From positions 12,785,872 through 12,849,871 of the forward strand of contig NC_057719.1 in the NCBI RefSeq assembly GCF_004010195.1: a stretch of 64,000 nt of DNA, read 5' to 3'. Each line of letters starts with the position of its first letter. The stretch's first letter is position 1. The DNA comes from Chiloscyllium plagiosum. Taxonomy: Eukaryota. The position numbers and the translations under genes were made by a program. The notes beneath the pieces are model-generated. The model was not told the DNA's origin, did no database searches, and saw nothing but the letters and a program-made list of their open reading frames with translations. Shown here piece by piece: positions 1-12,965 of this stretch.

Positions 1-379
1 GTGGGGTAATTCATAATGGCAAAATATATATTAACATGGGCGTCTACCTTCTATCAAAGCATTCTCATTACATTTTAAAACTGGTTTAGTAGATCTAGAG
101 ATAGGTTCAGATTATGAGATCAAGTTGAATCCTATGAGCTTTTGCAAAGAGACTGCAGGTCTGGTCTTGAGCTGTTGACACTGCCATCCATGTGGGTGCA
201 CAATTTTTATTCTGTTGGATCCTCTGGAATTTTCTTCTTCTAATCGTGAGGATCCAAGGCACAAAGCTTCACAAACCTTGCTACAGTTAAGGGGAGCAGA
301 GATGAGGTGTATTAATAATGTGTGTGATGGCTAAGTGGATTAGGGTCCAAGTTATAGAAACCTTAGAAAGGACTGAAAC

Positions 380-1010
380 TCTGGTTGCCCAGTTATAGGA
401 AGGATACAGGAAGTCTCCAGGTTACAAATGAGTCCCGTTTTTAACGCTATTCATAAGCTGAATTTGTACGTAAGTCGGAACAGATACAGGCTAATTAGTC
501 CACCCATTCGTTAGGACGAAACATTGTCAGATCAGTTCACAAGTACGGGACGTTTGTAAGTCGGGCACTTGCAACCCGGGGACTTCCTGTATTATTAAGT
601 TGGAGAGGGTTCGGATGTTGCTGGGTATGGAAGGTTTGCGTTATAAAGAATAGCTGCATAGACTGGGGAGCATTGGAGGTTGAGAGGTGATCTTATAGAA
701 GTTTATAAAATCAGAGCGGTGGAGATAGGGTTAATGGTAGGTATATCTTCCCTGGGATGGGGGGGCGGGTCAAAGACTGGGGGCAAAGTTTTAAGATGAC
801 AGGAGAGAGATTTTGAAAAGATCATGAGTGGTACAAATTTTTACACAGGGTGGTTTGTAAATAGAATGAACTTCCTGAGGAAGTCATGGATATGGGTACA
901 GTTACAACGTTTAACAAACATTTGGATAAGTACATGAATAGGAAAAGTTTGGAGGGATATGGGCACTGATTGGACCGAAGGTCTGTTTGCTTGCTGTATG
1001 ACCTATAATT
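380..1010 (+). mobile_element. CR1 LINE 3' fragment
   Basis: Degenerate RT C-terminal coding (LRGDLIEVYKI-like) and CR1 3' tail, similar to other copies in the window. Confidence 0.8.
407..589. mobile_element. Tigger/pogo-like (Tc1-mariner) MITE, 183 bp, inserted in a CR1 fragment
   Basis: TIRs caggaagtctccaggttacaa / ttgcaacccggggacttcctg, TA duplication at 405-406 and 590-591. Confidence 0.85.
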
Positions 1011-1471
1011 CTGTGGCATGGATTCCAGTCAGAAGGAAGCCATTCTCCTCCATTACATCAGCAGGAGGTGATAAGTTCTGAGCATAGACATTGCTCTGTA
1101 AATACATTCAAAATTTAAGTATCTTAACATAGGGTTAAAAATAGGAGCAAGTCAACTATTCAGCTGCTCAAACCTGCTCCATCATTCAATACAATTACAG
1201 CTGATCAACAGCCTCAACTGCACTTTGTCACCCATTTCTCAAATTCCTCAATTTTCCAACTCTCTCAGCCTTAAGTGTATTTAAAGATAAAGCATTTGGG
1301 ATAGTGAATTTGCAAAGATTCACAAGGCTTTGAGTGAAGAAACTTCTCCTCATCTCAGCCATACATGATTGGTCCCTTATCCTGAGCCTTTGTCCGCAAT
1401 GAAAATAACCTCCCCACTGTGTGCATTCAGTATCTTGAATGTTCCAGTATAACCTCCTCTCAACTTTCTAT

Positions 1472-1770
1472 GGGCAGCACGGTGGCACAGTGGTTAGCAC
1501 TGCTGCCTCATAGCGCCAGGTTCAATTCCCGCCTCAGGCGACTCTCTGTGTGGAGTTTGCACATTCTCCCCGTGTCTGTGGGTTTGCTCCGGTTTCCTCC
1601 CACAATCCAAAAATGTGCAGGTTAGGTGGATTGGCCATGCTAAATTGCCTGTAGTGTTAGGTGGAGGGGTAAATGTCGGGGAATGGGTCTGGGTGGGTTG
1701 CGCTTCGGCTGGTCGGTATGGCCTTGTTGGGCCGAAGGGCCTGTTTCCACACTGTAAATAATCTAATCTA
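1472..1770 (+). mobile_element. HE1-like tRNA-derived V-SINE
   Basis: tRNA-like head (ggtggcacagtggttagc...ggttcaattcc), V-domain tgtggagtttgcacattctccccgtgtc, (taatc)n tail. Confidence 0.85.
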
Positions 1771-2349
1771 AATGCACGAGAATCTAAAGCACAATTTACT
1801 GAGACTCCCATCATAGGAAAAGCCTCTTCCTAGGTATCTAGTAAACCCTTTCTGCCCTGCCTCAAATCCAAGTATGATGTATCCTTCCTTAACCGTAGAG
1901 ACCAAAACTGCACTTGATATTTCAAGATAGCCTGACCATAGCCCAGTGGAATTGTAGCTAGACTTTCTTATTTCGGTCTTCCAGTCTCTTGTAATAAAAG
2001 TTAACATGCCATTTGTCTTCCTAATTACTTGTTGTCATGTTGCAAATGCCCCTTGTCCCTATTCTCTGTTCTTTTCCCATTAACCAATCTTTGATCTAAC
2101 ATAATACCAGCAATTTATGCACCCTTATCTTGTGTGTGAACCTTTTCTGTTGGCAACTTATCAAATGCCTTTTGGAAATCCAAATATGCTACATTTATTG
2201 GCTTTCCTTTTACCTTTTCTTGTAAAACTCTTATCAATTTTGTCAAACACAAATTTCCCTTTCATAAAACAGACTTGATCTGATACATTGATTTTCTCAG
2301 TGCATTAAGACATCCTCAATGGGAGATTCAGCTGTTAGGCTAATTTCAA

Positions 2350-2517
2350 TTAGATTAGATTACATTACATTACAGACTGTGGGAGGAAACCGGAGCACCC
2401 GGAGGAATCCCACGCAGACACGGGGAGAATGTGCAAACTCCACACAGTCAGTCGCCTGAGGGGGGAATTGAACCCAGGTCTCTGGCGCTGTGAGGCAGTA
2501 GTGCCACCGTGCCACCC
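2350..2517 (-). mobile_element. HE1-like SINE, internally deleted
   Basis: Reverse complement of head and tail of the 1472 copy. Confidence 0.8.
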
Positions 2518-2669
2518 AATTCTAGTGGTCTATTCCAAAACTTCCTTCTTGAACCCGGTTTCTTTGAGGTGAACAGGATGTTACTATTATGCAGAACCTG
2601 TGTCCATTTGTCTACTTTTATTTAATGCCTCCCACAAATTTGATTTTGCACAGATCATTGATACATAAT

Positions 2670-2940
2670 GACACCTGTGGCTATGAGTCAGAAGATTTCA
2701 GTACATGTCCACTCCAGGGCTTGAGGACAAAAACCAAGAACTGAACTCTAGTGCAGTGCTGAGGAAGTGTAGTACTGAATTGAGATGCTGCCTTTGGGTG
2801 TGATATTAAACAGAGGCCCTGTCTGCTCATTCAGGAGGATGTAAATGTTCCCAGGCACTACTTCAAAGCAAAACAGGAGGACCATCCGTCAGAAACGTCA
2901 CAAAAAGATAGATCATGTGCGGTAGCGTATTGCCATAAAA
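2670..2940 (+). mobile_element. DeuSINE (SacSINE1/AmnSINE1-like) remnant; related copies near 32640-32960, 45190-45500 and 62910-63300 (-)
   Basis: Shared motif cagtgctgaggaagt...ttaaacagaggccctgtctgc...cccaggcact recurring in the window. Confidence 0.6.
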
Positions 2941-3934
2941 AAAGAAACATAGAAGCAAGAGCAGGAGTAGGCCATTCAGCCCCTTGAGTCTGCTCCACCA
3001 TTCAATGTGATCCTGGCTGATCATCCAACTCAATACCAGGTCTCTGCTTTCTCCCCAAACTCTTTGATTCCTTTAGCCCTAAGAACTATGTTTAACTCCT
3101 TTTTGATAACATTCAATGTTTTGGTCTCAAACTGTGGCAGAGAATTCCACAGTCTCACTGCTCTCTGGGTGAAGATATTTCTCCTCATCTCAGTCTCAAA
3201 TGGTCTACTTGCATCCTTAGAGTGTGACCCCTGATTCATACATTCTAACATCACGCCAGAGCCTACACTCCAGAACTACATTTCATGTGAAGTACTTTGG
3301 ATATTCTGAGGTTGTGAAAGGGATTACATAAATGAAAGTTTTTTAGATTTAAATGTAGCAACCTGAATCACTCATTTCAATCATTCACTGGAAATCCCAT
3401 GGGTTTACTGAGTTACAGTCTATGCACGATGTTGAAATACTTCTGCACAGTTATTTCCTCACCCCTTTCCCCAGGCGAGACTGATCATCACAGAAAATGC
3501 AGGTTCAATACTGGTTCACATCGAAGCATTAATAGTGAAGGAAGATATAGGGCCAGTCAGCCGAGATGGTGTCCAGAGGAAGAGAAAGGTTCAATATTAT
3601 TGATGACAATACAAATAGCTTACTTTTGAGTTTTAAGTGGTCATGCATGAATTGGTCCACATTAGTTAAAGAGAATGCAGCTGTTCATTCATTTTTAGTC
3701 AAATGTTTTAAAAGGGGTTTCCTTGGGGATAGTTAGCCCTTTTTACATCTTCCCATTAGATACCTTGACTTGATCATTTAAACAATTTTGATTTGGCAAT
3801 GAATGAGTGCTTAGCAGTTCAGAATGGCTATTGCAATAACATATTAGGCTAACAAAATAGTTTATCTGAGAAACAGATTTTTATGAAGTTATCAATTAGC
3901 AGTAATTCTATAGAGCTATCTGTAAAACACATTC

Positions 3935-4110
3935 TACATATAGAATAATGGAGACTTGGGAATGAGTAACAGCCTGGAATCTAATCAAGGATATTTCATA
4001 GGTTATATGCAGAATGATAAATATTTGCAACTGAGTTATAGACTGGAATCTAAAAATGGAATACACATTATATTGAGAATAAAGTATAGAATTTCAGATC
4101 TATTTCGGAA
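3935..4110 (+). repeat. Two to three degenerate copies of the ~68-bp minisatellite unit seen at 27.3-27.7 kb
   Basis: tatagaataatggagacttgggaatgagtaacagcctggaatctaatc matches the 27.3-kb unit. Confidence 0.7.
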
Positions 4111-4449
4111 GCTCTAGTATTAGACACAGCTCTAATATAAATCTAGAATATATGTTTTGTTATTACCTAGACTGTTAAGCATCTCACATTCTTTTAACAC
4201 TCATTGGATTATAGTCTTTGCCAACAACACCCATTCATTTAGGTACTATTCAATGGTACTAATTTGGTGAAACATTTGACAATGCACTTCATGCAGTGGT
4301 TGCATGCTATGATTAACTATCATACTGAAAAATAAGGACAAGTTTACTGAAAAATAGTTTTCAATTTGGTTATTCAAAAGTAATGTAATACTGTGTATAA
4401 TTGAACAGTATGTTGATAAAGTATTAACTTGCCTTCAAGTTCTATTTAC

Positions 4450-5385
4450 ATAGAGTCATAGAGATGTACAGCACAGAAACAGACCCTTCTGTCCAACTCA
4501 TCCATGCTGACCAGATATCCGAAATTAATCTAGTCCCATTTTCCAGCATTTAGCCCATATCCCTCTAAACCCTACTATTCATACACCAGATGCCTTTTGA
4601 ATGCTACAGTTGTACCAGCCTCCATCACTTCATCTGGCAGCTCATTCCACGTATGCACCATCCTCTGCAGAAAAAGGTTGCCCCTTAAATCCCTTTTAAA
4701 TCTTTCCCCTCTCACCTTAAACCTTTGGCTTCTAGTTTGGACTCCCTCACCCTGGCTAAAAGACCTTATCTATTCACCTTATATATACTCCTCATGATTT
4801 TATAAACCTCTATAAGGACACCCCTCAGTCTTTGACACTCCAGGGAAAATAGCCCTAGCCTATGCAACCTCTCCCTATAACTCAAATCAGAGAGACCAGA
4901 ATCGCTTGCAGTATTCCAGTAGTGTACAGCTGCAACATTACCCCCCCAACTCCTATACTCAATGCACTGCCCAGTAAAGGCAAGCATACTATATGTCTTT
5001 TCCACTATCCTATTTACCTGCGACTCTACTTCCAAGGAAATACCAACTTGTACTCCAAGGTGTCTGTGTTCAGCGACACTTCCCAGGTCCTTACCATTAA
5101 GTGTATAAGCCCTGACCTGATTTGCCTTTCCAAAATGCAACACCTTGCATTTATCTAAATTAAGCTCCGGCTGCCACTCTTGAGCCCATTAGCTCATCTG
5201 ATCAAGATCCTGTGTACACTGAGGTAATCGTTTTCGCTATCCACTACATCACCAATTTTGGTATCATCTGCAAACTTACTAACCATGCCTGCTATATTCA
5301 CATCCAAATCATTTATATGATCCTTATGGCACACCACTGGTCACAGGCCTCCAGTCTGAAAAGCAATCCTCCACCACCACTCTAC
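4450..5385 (-). mobile_element. CR1 LINE 3' fragment
   Basis: ORF 4766..5143 is RT C-terminal-like (LHFGK..DLGVQV..LGLFSLE..LRG.LIEVYKIM). Confidence 0.9.
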
Positions 5386-6128
5386 TTCTGTTGTTACACA
5401 CTTTTATTCCAAAAACAGTGTTGAGCTTTCTAAATTATTTGAACTCATTAGAGATATCCCCCTTCCAATATTTTGACTGTAGGATTTTCATATTGACCAG
5501 ATCTGACCAGTTGAGTAAACATAATTTTGTCATTACAAGTGTAGGTAAAGGTACTATAGTCCCAGTCTCTCATCAGAAAGAGACAACTGATTGTTGAGAG
5601 GTATAGGGAAGGAATTTTGGAGTTTAAGGACCAGGTAACTGAAGGCAAGACCTCCCAGCAGGTCTGGTACCATCTGTTGAGTGCTGACTAAGAGTCACTG
5701 GACTCAAAGCTTTGACTTTGTTTTACTCTTCACAGATGCCAGACCTGCTGGATTTCTCCTGTACTGGTTTTCTTAATCATTTCATCATTGGGAGGTCTTG
5801 CCTTCAGTTACCTGGTCCTTAAACTCCAAAATTCCTTCCCTATACCTCTCAACAATCAGTTGTCTCTTTCTGATGAGAGACTGGGACTATAGTACCTTTA
5901 CCTACACTTGTAATGACAAAAATATGTTTACTCAACTGGTCAGATCTGGTCAATATGAAAATCCTACAGTCAAAATATTGGAAGGGGGATATCTCTAATG
6001 AGTTCAAATAATTTAGAAAGCTCAACACTGTTTTTGGAATAAAAGTGTGTAACAACAGAAGTAGAGTGGTGGTGGAGGATTGCTTTTCAGACTGGAGGCC
6101 TGTGACCAGTGGTGTGCCATAAGGATCA
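5318..6128. repeat. 340-bp inverted duplication (5318-5657 / 5789-6128), 131-bp spacer
   Basis: Arms are reverse complements with one mismatch seen. Mirrored ORFs 5448..5648 (-) and 5798..5998 (+) differ by one residue. Confidence 0.95.
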
Positions 6129-8109
6129 CCTGCTCTGTTTCCCCAACACATTCTGTTTTGTTTCAGATTTCCACAGTTCTATGGAATGATTAAAATGGAA
6201 GATGCACATGGGTCCAGATTAAAAGGACTGCACCCCACTGTTGTAGGGGTGGAGCAGATTGTGGTGATAGCGAGTGATGAGGTCTTGAAGGTATTTGTAA
6301 ACAAGGCTTTTAAAGCTGGACGGGGAACAGCGACATTGCAGTGATTTTATTACATGGCTTTCTGGATCCTGTACACCTTCAGATCACTGAAGCCTTGGGT
6401 GACTTGAATGCTGCCAGTAAAATTCTCAAGAATGTGCGCATTTCCAAATTAGATTAGATTTTATGAAACAAATGTATCTGGCAGTTCGGAAAGGCGTGCA
6501 GAAGTTTTAATTTTTATGCTATTTCAGCAACAGTATGGTGTCACACTCTAATGGTTCCAAGACCATGCACAAAGTTGTTGAATATTTCTCCACATTGATT
6601 CATTGTTCGAAGGAACATAGAAACATAAGACCAGTAACACCCCACTCAGCCCTTGAACTTGTTTCATGTGTATTTGCTGAACCAATGGAGTATTTAGCTA
6701 AATATTGGATAACTAGGTGTATTTGGCATATTTTGGTGAGCTTTCTATGTTTTGTCATGATTCATTGCATTTTATTTTCACACCAATGCTAGGATGAGTG
6801 GATCAGGTGACTGTTTGCATTGGGTGGGCTTTGATCTTGCATTTGATTGAGTTTTGTGGTGTATGTAAACAGGAGTTAGAATGTTTGAATGGGTTTGGCT
6901 GTTGATAACGTTGAGTTAATTCCATGACATTGATGTTATATTCGATTGAGATTGACACATTTTTTTTGGATTCAGGCCGGGTTAAGTAAATTAATTGCGA
7001 AGGGTTATTGTGTAGATTGATTGGAAAATTGAGTGGGTTAATGAAGTATGTGGTAATATGGAATTGATGGCACAAATTAAGTGGGCTTTATTATTGGTCA
7101 ACTCATTCAAGTGGACATCATAGGTATATATGTGGATTTTGGAGGTATTTTGTCTAGATTTACAGCTGCTTTACTCCCAAATGTTGATGTTTTTGTCAGA
7201 TTTGACATATTTTGTGGATTTTCCTTCATATTTTGAATCTAATGGTCTCAATGGGTTAATTTGATTAAATTCAGTGCATGTTGGAATTGGTTAGCTAAAT
7301 GTGACAGTGTATCAGCTGGTGTATTAAGTCCATAAAACATAGGAGCTGAAGTAGGCCACTCATTTCATCAAGACTGCTCTGCCATTCAATGAGATCATGG
7401 CTGATCCGATAATCCCCACTTTCCGCCTTTTCCTTATAACCCTTGAATCTCTCACTGATTAAAAATCTGTCTGTCTCAGCCTTGAATATACTTAATGGCC
7501 ATCACTATGCATTAAACAACTCCATAGATTCACTACTCTTTGAGAGAAGAAATTCCTCCTCATCTCTGTCCTGACTGGGCGATCCCTTACTCTGAGATTA
7601 CCTCCTGTTATTCTAGGCTCTTCTACAAGGGGAAACAACCTGTCTGCTTCAACCCTGTCAAAGCCTTTAAGAATTTTATATATTCAACAAGGTCACCTCC
7701 CACTGGGTGCAGGCCTGAAGTACTGAGCCTTTCCTCATAAGAAAATCTCTCCATCCTCAGAATCAGCATTGGGAACCTTCTCCAATGGCTGGATATCCTT
7801 CCTTATATGAGAGAACATAAACTGTTCACAGTACTCCATTTTGTCACATACGTGGACACATATTTTGCTTTCTGGTCAATGATCTAGATCTGTAGGATTA
7901 TTTTGGTGTCCTTCCTTGAGTATTTTGAGTCAGTTTACTGCTGTATTTCGTGTACCCAGATAGGTGTGATGATGGCATTGGATAAATTTGACTAAAATCA
8001 TTAAATCATTAAATAAAGCAGTATAACTGGAGACCATTTAGACTATTGTAGCTGTTTCAACTCTTTGAAAGGACTGACCAGTAAGCTATGCAAGTACATT
8101 CCTTTCAAG

Positions 8110-8480
8110 AATATATAAACACATGCATCCACTCCCTCCAGCACTGATGCTCAGCAGCAGCAGTGTGTACTATCTACAAGATGCACTGCAGAAATTCACC
8201 AATGATCCTCAGACAGCACCTTCCAAACCCATGACCACGTCCACCTAGAAGGACAAGGGCACCAGATACATGGGAACAGCACTAACTTCAAGTTCCTCTC
8301 CAAGTCACTCACCATCCTGCTATTCCTACACTGTCGCTGGGTCAAAATCCTGGAATTCCCTCCATTAGGGCAGGTAGACTGCAGTGGTTCAAGAAGGCAG
8401 CTCACCACCACCTTCTCAAGGGTAGCTAGGGATGGACAATAAATGCTGGTATGCTCACATCTCATAAATGAATATAGAAA
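8110..8480 (+). mobile_element. 3' end of a second LINE family (L2/CR1-group); related copies near 31855-32305, 52650-53420, 20860-21240 (-)
   Basis: Recurrent cagtgtgtactatctacaagatgcactgcag...cagcaccttccaaacc...ctagggatgg(g)caataaatgctgg. Confidence 0.7.
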
Positions 8481-8669
8481 AAAATATTATGGTTGATGCA
8501 CAGTGGTGTACTGTATTTGAGGGCATTAGAAATTTAGGAATGGTGTCCTGGTGCATTTGTCAGTTCTTGTTGGATCTGGAGGAACATTATAAATTGGTTT
8601 GCTGACATGCTGTTGGGCAGACTTTGAGAATGCTACAGTATATGGTTACATTTGTGGGAAAGTGGGAAT

Positions 8670-8875
8670 TGGTTTAGCTCAATTGGCTGGATTGTTGGTT
8701 TACAGCGCAGCATGATTCCAACAGTGCAGGTTCAATTCCCATCACCGGTTTGAGGTTACCATAAAGGACTCTCCCCTTCCCTCACCTGAGGTCTGGTGGC
8801 CCTCAGGTTAAATCACCACCAGTTGCTTCTCTCTCTAATGAATGAGCAGCCTCTATGGTCTGGTAAGACTATAGT
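8670..8875 (+). mobile_element. tRNA-derived SINE, third family; copies near 36200-36385 and 62650-62860
   Basis: tttagctcaattggctgg...ggttcaattcc head and shared cctgaggtctggtg..ctcaggttaaa body. Confidence 0.65.
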
Positions 8876-10176
8876 GATGACAACAATGTGGGAATGTCAA
8901 AATAGGTTTGATGGTACATATGGGTAGGGTGGCTGTAGCATTTTGTGAGGGTTTTCAGGACAATCTTTTTTTTATAGAACTGAAGTATCGAACTAGTCTA
9001 ATGCATTGGGTGTGGCTTAAGGGGGCCAATGACATAGCAGTGATATCACTGAGCTAGTAATCCATGAACCCCCCATGCTAATGGCCTGGGTTCAAATCTC
9101 ACTATGACAGATAACAACATTTGTAGTGGAAGTAAAGGTTAGCTTCATGGCAACCATGGAACCATTGCTAATTGTTGTCAAAACCCACCCAGTTCACTAA
9201 TGCTCTTTAGAGAATGAAATCTGCCATCCTTACCTGGTCTGGCCTACATGTGACTCTGGACCCACACCAATGTGGTTGCCTCTTAACTGCCCTCCGGGCA
9301 TTAAATGTTGACATGGACAGTGACACCCACATCCTGTGAATAAATTATAGATAGGGGATTTGTTCCATAAATCCATACAGCGAGGAAACAGGCCATTTCG
9401 CCTAACAAGTCCCATCCAAACCCATCCCCGTATCTTTTCCCTATAACCCTGCATTTTCCATGGCTAATGCACCTAACCTACACATCCCTAAACGCTATGG
9501 GTAATTTAGCATGGCCAATCCACCTAACTTGCACATCTTTGGACTGCAGGTTCTAGGATTGGGATGCAGTTAGCTGGGTTTACAGATGCATTTTGAGTGG
9601 GCTTGCTTGTATACTGAGCCAATTTACCCGTGTGGTTCATGTATTTGTGGTTTACCTATTTGTAAATGCAGATGCCATACTTATTATATTTGGATGATTC
9701 TAGAATCACTGGATTGACAAAATTACATCTGGCAATGTTGAATTCCAAAGGAGTCATGCCCACTGCTTCCAAATGAATAAAATTAATAAGCTGTAATGGC
9801 TAACTGCAAACTTTTTCACATATTAAAATGTGGGTGTGAATAAAGATCTACTATACCTCACTGGGTGCCATCAGTGGGATCTTCATTCAGCACCAGTACA
9901 TTGAAAGATCTAGGAATATTTCATGGAGGGTAGGATACCGACAAACAAAATGGATCAGCTCCATTTTATAATAAACTCTGTTCTGGACAAACAGATCATT
10001 TTGGAATATATGATAGAAAATTAAGGGTGGTCAGGGCTGCGCTGCACATATTTAAACACTGTTAGATAACTTCTCTAGATACTGGTGTACACACTCAAAT
10101 ATGTAGACAGACACCTAGAAATCATCAGCAAATACTGGCACTCTCAACGTTTTGCCACCATGTAATCTGGGAGGTG

Positions 10177-10209
<33 letters not shown>

Positions 10210-11515
10210 ATACACACACAGACACAACTCACAGACACACAGAGACAAACATTCACAGTGCAAATGGATTTTAACTTCAAGAGGCATTAAGGTATCATTG
10301 TAAATATACGTCCATTGCGTTATGCTGATAAAACAATGCTGCTGGCTCAATAAAAATCGAATAACACAAATATGAAATCAAGAGGATTCACTCACAGACA
10401 TTCAGTCTGAAAACATTTGTCTTAACAAGCCCTACAATTGTCCCAGTTTCACCCTTCAGTTTAAAGAGAATGATCCTACGGGGTGTTCAGCAACAAGGAA
10501 TTACAAAAGCACCAATAGATTTATACATATATATCTTTCAAAAATAAATCTTTCCACTTGTTTTATTCTCCTAATTTCTCCAGCAATATAGTTACCATTT
10601 TACAATTGACAGTGACCATCTTAATTGAAAGTACTGGAGAATATAAAAAGGAGAGGAATTGCTCTGTGTTACAAAATCAGAAACAGCCCATGTGTTTATA
10701 CCTGATGTTGTTACACAAAATGTCTATAGCCTCCCTGTGAACACGGGTAGAGTTTGAAACTGATACAAACTGAATGATGGTTGAAGCAACACAAAGTGTG
10801 GTTTGTTTTTGAAATAAGATTTCATAGAATAAAGTTATGTTATTATAATTGTAAGATAACAGTTTCTAATAAATCTTTCCTTTAACCTATTGGTTTAAAG
10901 GAGATAACAGACCATAATTTTTAAAATGGGTTTAGGAGAGAGTTAAAGGAGATATCAAAATGTCATGGTGGAAGGGTTAGAGGGAAATTTGGAGGCATTT
11001 AGAGAAGATATTTAAAAGGAATGGCTTATGGAAGTTAGTCAACGCCAGGAGTCAGTCAATATTTTATTCAAGAGTAAAACATTTAATTTAACTGAGATTT
11101 AAAAGTCTTTTGGTTGTCTTGTGTGGAGTTCCTTGTTTAAAAAAAGAGATAGGAATCCCCATTGTGTAACCCCTCCATTTTGGAAGTCAGTTTTCCACAG
11201 TGTTAACACCTGGACACCAGCTTTGTTCCTGTGTGAGTAAAGGGTCAGATGAGATGAATTGGAGTGAAGATTCTCGAGGTGACCAGAATTGGGAGAGACA
11301 GTGTTGGCACCGTTTTGTGGGGTGGACCCGGGCTGGGGTCCATGAGATACTTCTGTAGACTCTCATTCCTGTTGTGCCACCGCTCATTTCTTATTCTTTG
11401 AAGAGCTATTCTGTACTGTAAAAATGATTTTGTTTTCCCAATTTTGGTGGTAAAGTACAATTTTTAACAATGATTTAGTTTTGCATATTAATTTGAGTAG
11501 TTGGCATGATCTATT

Positions 11516-12077
11516 GGGGCAGCACTGTGGCTCAGTAGCATTGCTACTTCACAGCGCCAGGGACCTGGATTCAATTCCAACCTTGGCGACTGTCCGTGTG
11601 GAGTTTGCACATTCTCCCTGTGTCTGCGTGGGTTCCCTCTAGGTGCTCTGGTTTCCTCCCACAATCCAAAGATGTGCGGTTTAGGTGAATTGGACATGCT
11701 AAGCTGCTCATAGTGTTCAGGGATGTGTGGGTTAAGTGCATAGTCAGGGGTAAATATAGGGTAGGGGAATGGGTCTGGCTGAGTTACTCTTCGGAGGGCC
11801 AGTGTGGGCCGAAAGGCCTGTTTCTACAATGTAGGGATTCTATGATTAGATTAGGTTCTAGAAGGGTAACCCACCCAGACCCATTTCCCTCTGACAAATG
11901 CACCTAACACTACAGGTAATTTAGCATGGCCAATCCACATCTTTAGACTGTGGGAGGAAACCAGAGCACACCCACGCATACAGGGAGAATGTACAAACTC
12001 CACACAGACAGTCATCCAAGGCTGGAATTGAACCCAGGTCTGTGGCACTGCAGTGCTAACCACTGGGCCACCGTGCT
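11516..12077. mobile_element. Two HE1-like SINEs tail-to-tail (+ 11516-11850, - 11846-12077)
   Basis: Full + copy directly followed by a reverse-complement copy. Confidence 0.85.
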
Positions 12078-12669
12078 GTGTTAGGTTGAAGCCACTGATT
12101 TTACCTTACATCATAAACATAGACTATGTTTATTTTTCATGTCAGTGCTGGACTTTTACAAATTAAAGACAAAATGAGTGATCACTTCGTTTTATTTCTG
12201 AATGATTAAGAATTATGGAACCAAACAGCATAGAAGAAGGCCATTCAGCCCACTGTGTTCATGCTGCTATAAGGACGGAGCATCTACTCACACTCCTCAC
12301 TCCTGTGTTACTTTGAGCCCAAAATTTTAATCTGCTACTTAGCAAATCCCTTTCCACAAAATCCCAGAATGTTACAGCACAGGACCATTCAATGAGCATC
12401 GTTACCTAATGCCAGTCTCCTGCTTTTGCCCCATACTCATGCCCATTATTTTTGTCCAAATAATCCATCCAGTGCCTTTTTGAATGCCTCACTTGAACCT
12501 GCCTCCATCACCTTTCCAGGCAGTGCTTTTCATGCCCTAAATACTCGCTGTGTGAACTAGATTTTCCTAACTCCACCCTTGCTTCTTTTGCGGATCTCTT
12601 TTAATCTAGCCCTCTTATTCTTGTTCCTTTCATGAGCAGGAACAATTGCTCCCTGTCTTTCCCCTGTTT

Positions 12670-12965
12670 GGGGAGGCAGTGGCCTAGTAGTATAATCACT
12701 GGACTGTTAATCCAGGGACCCAGGTAATGTTCTGGGACCTGGGCTGAATTCCTGCCACAGCACATGGTGAATTTGAATTCAATAAATATCTGGAATGAAG
12801 AGTCGAATGGTGACCAATAAATCGATTATTGGAAAAACCCATCCTAATCTGGTTTGGCCTACATGTGACTCCAGACCCACTGCAATGTGGATGACTCTTA
12901 AATTAGGGATGGGCAATAAATGCTGGCCTAGCCAGTGAACCCCTCATTACATGAAAGAATAAAAC
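12670..12965 (+). mobile_element. tRNA-derived SINE sharing its 3' tail with the 8110-type LINE; copies near 9030-9345, 46300-46640, 47885-48240 (-), 26340-26750 (-)
   Basis: ggcctacatgtgactccagacccac...agggatgggcaataaatgctggcc tail shared with the LINE fragments. Confidence 0.7.

Noticed and set aside
1472..1545. tRNA genes
   Set aside because: A/B-box heads run straight into SINE bodies and recur in many copies. No complete cloverleaf.
5391..6151. Duplicated small ORFs as a gene pair
   Set aside because: By-products of the inverted duplication, with no coding signature.
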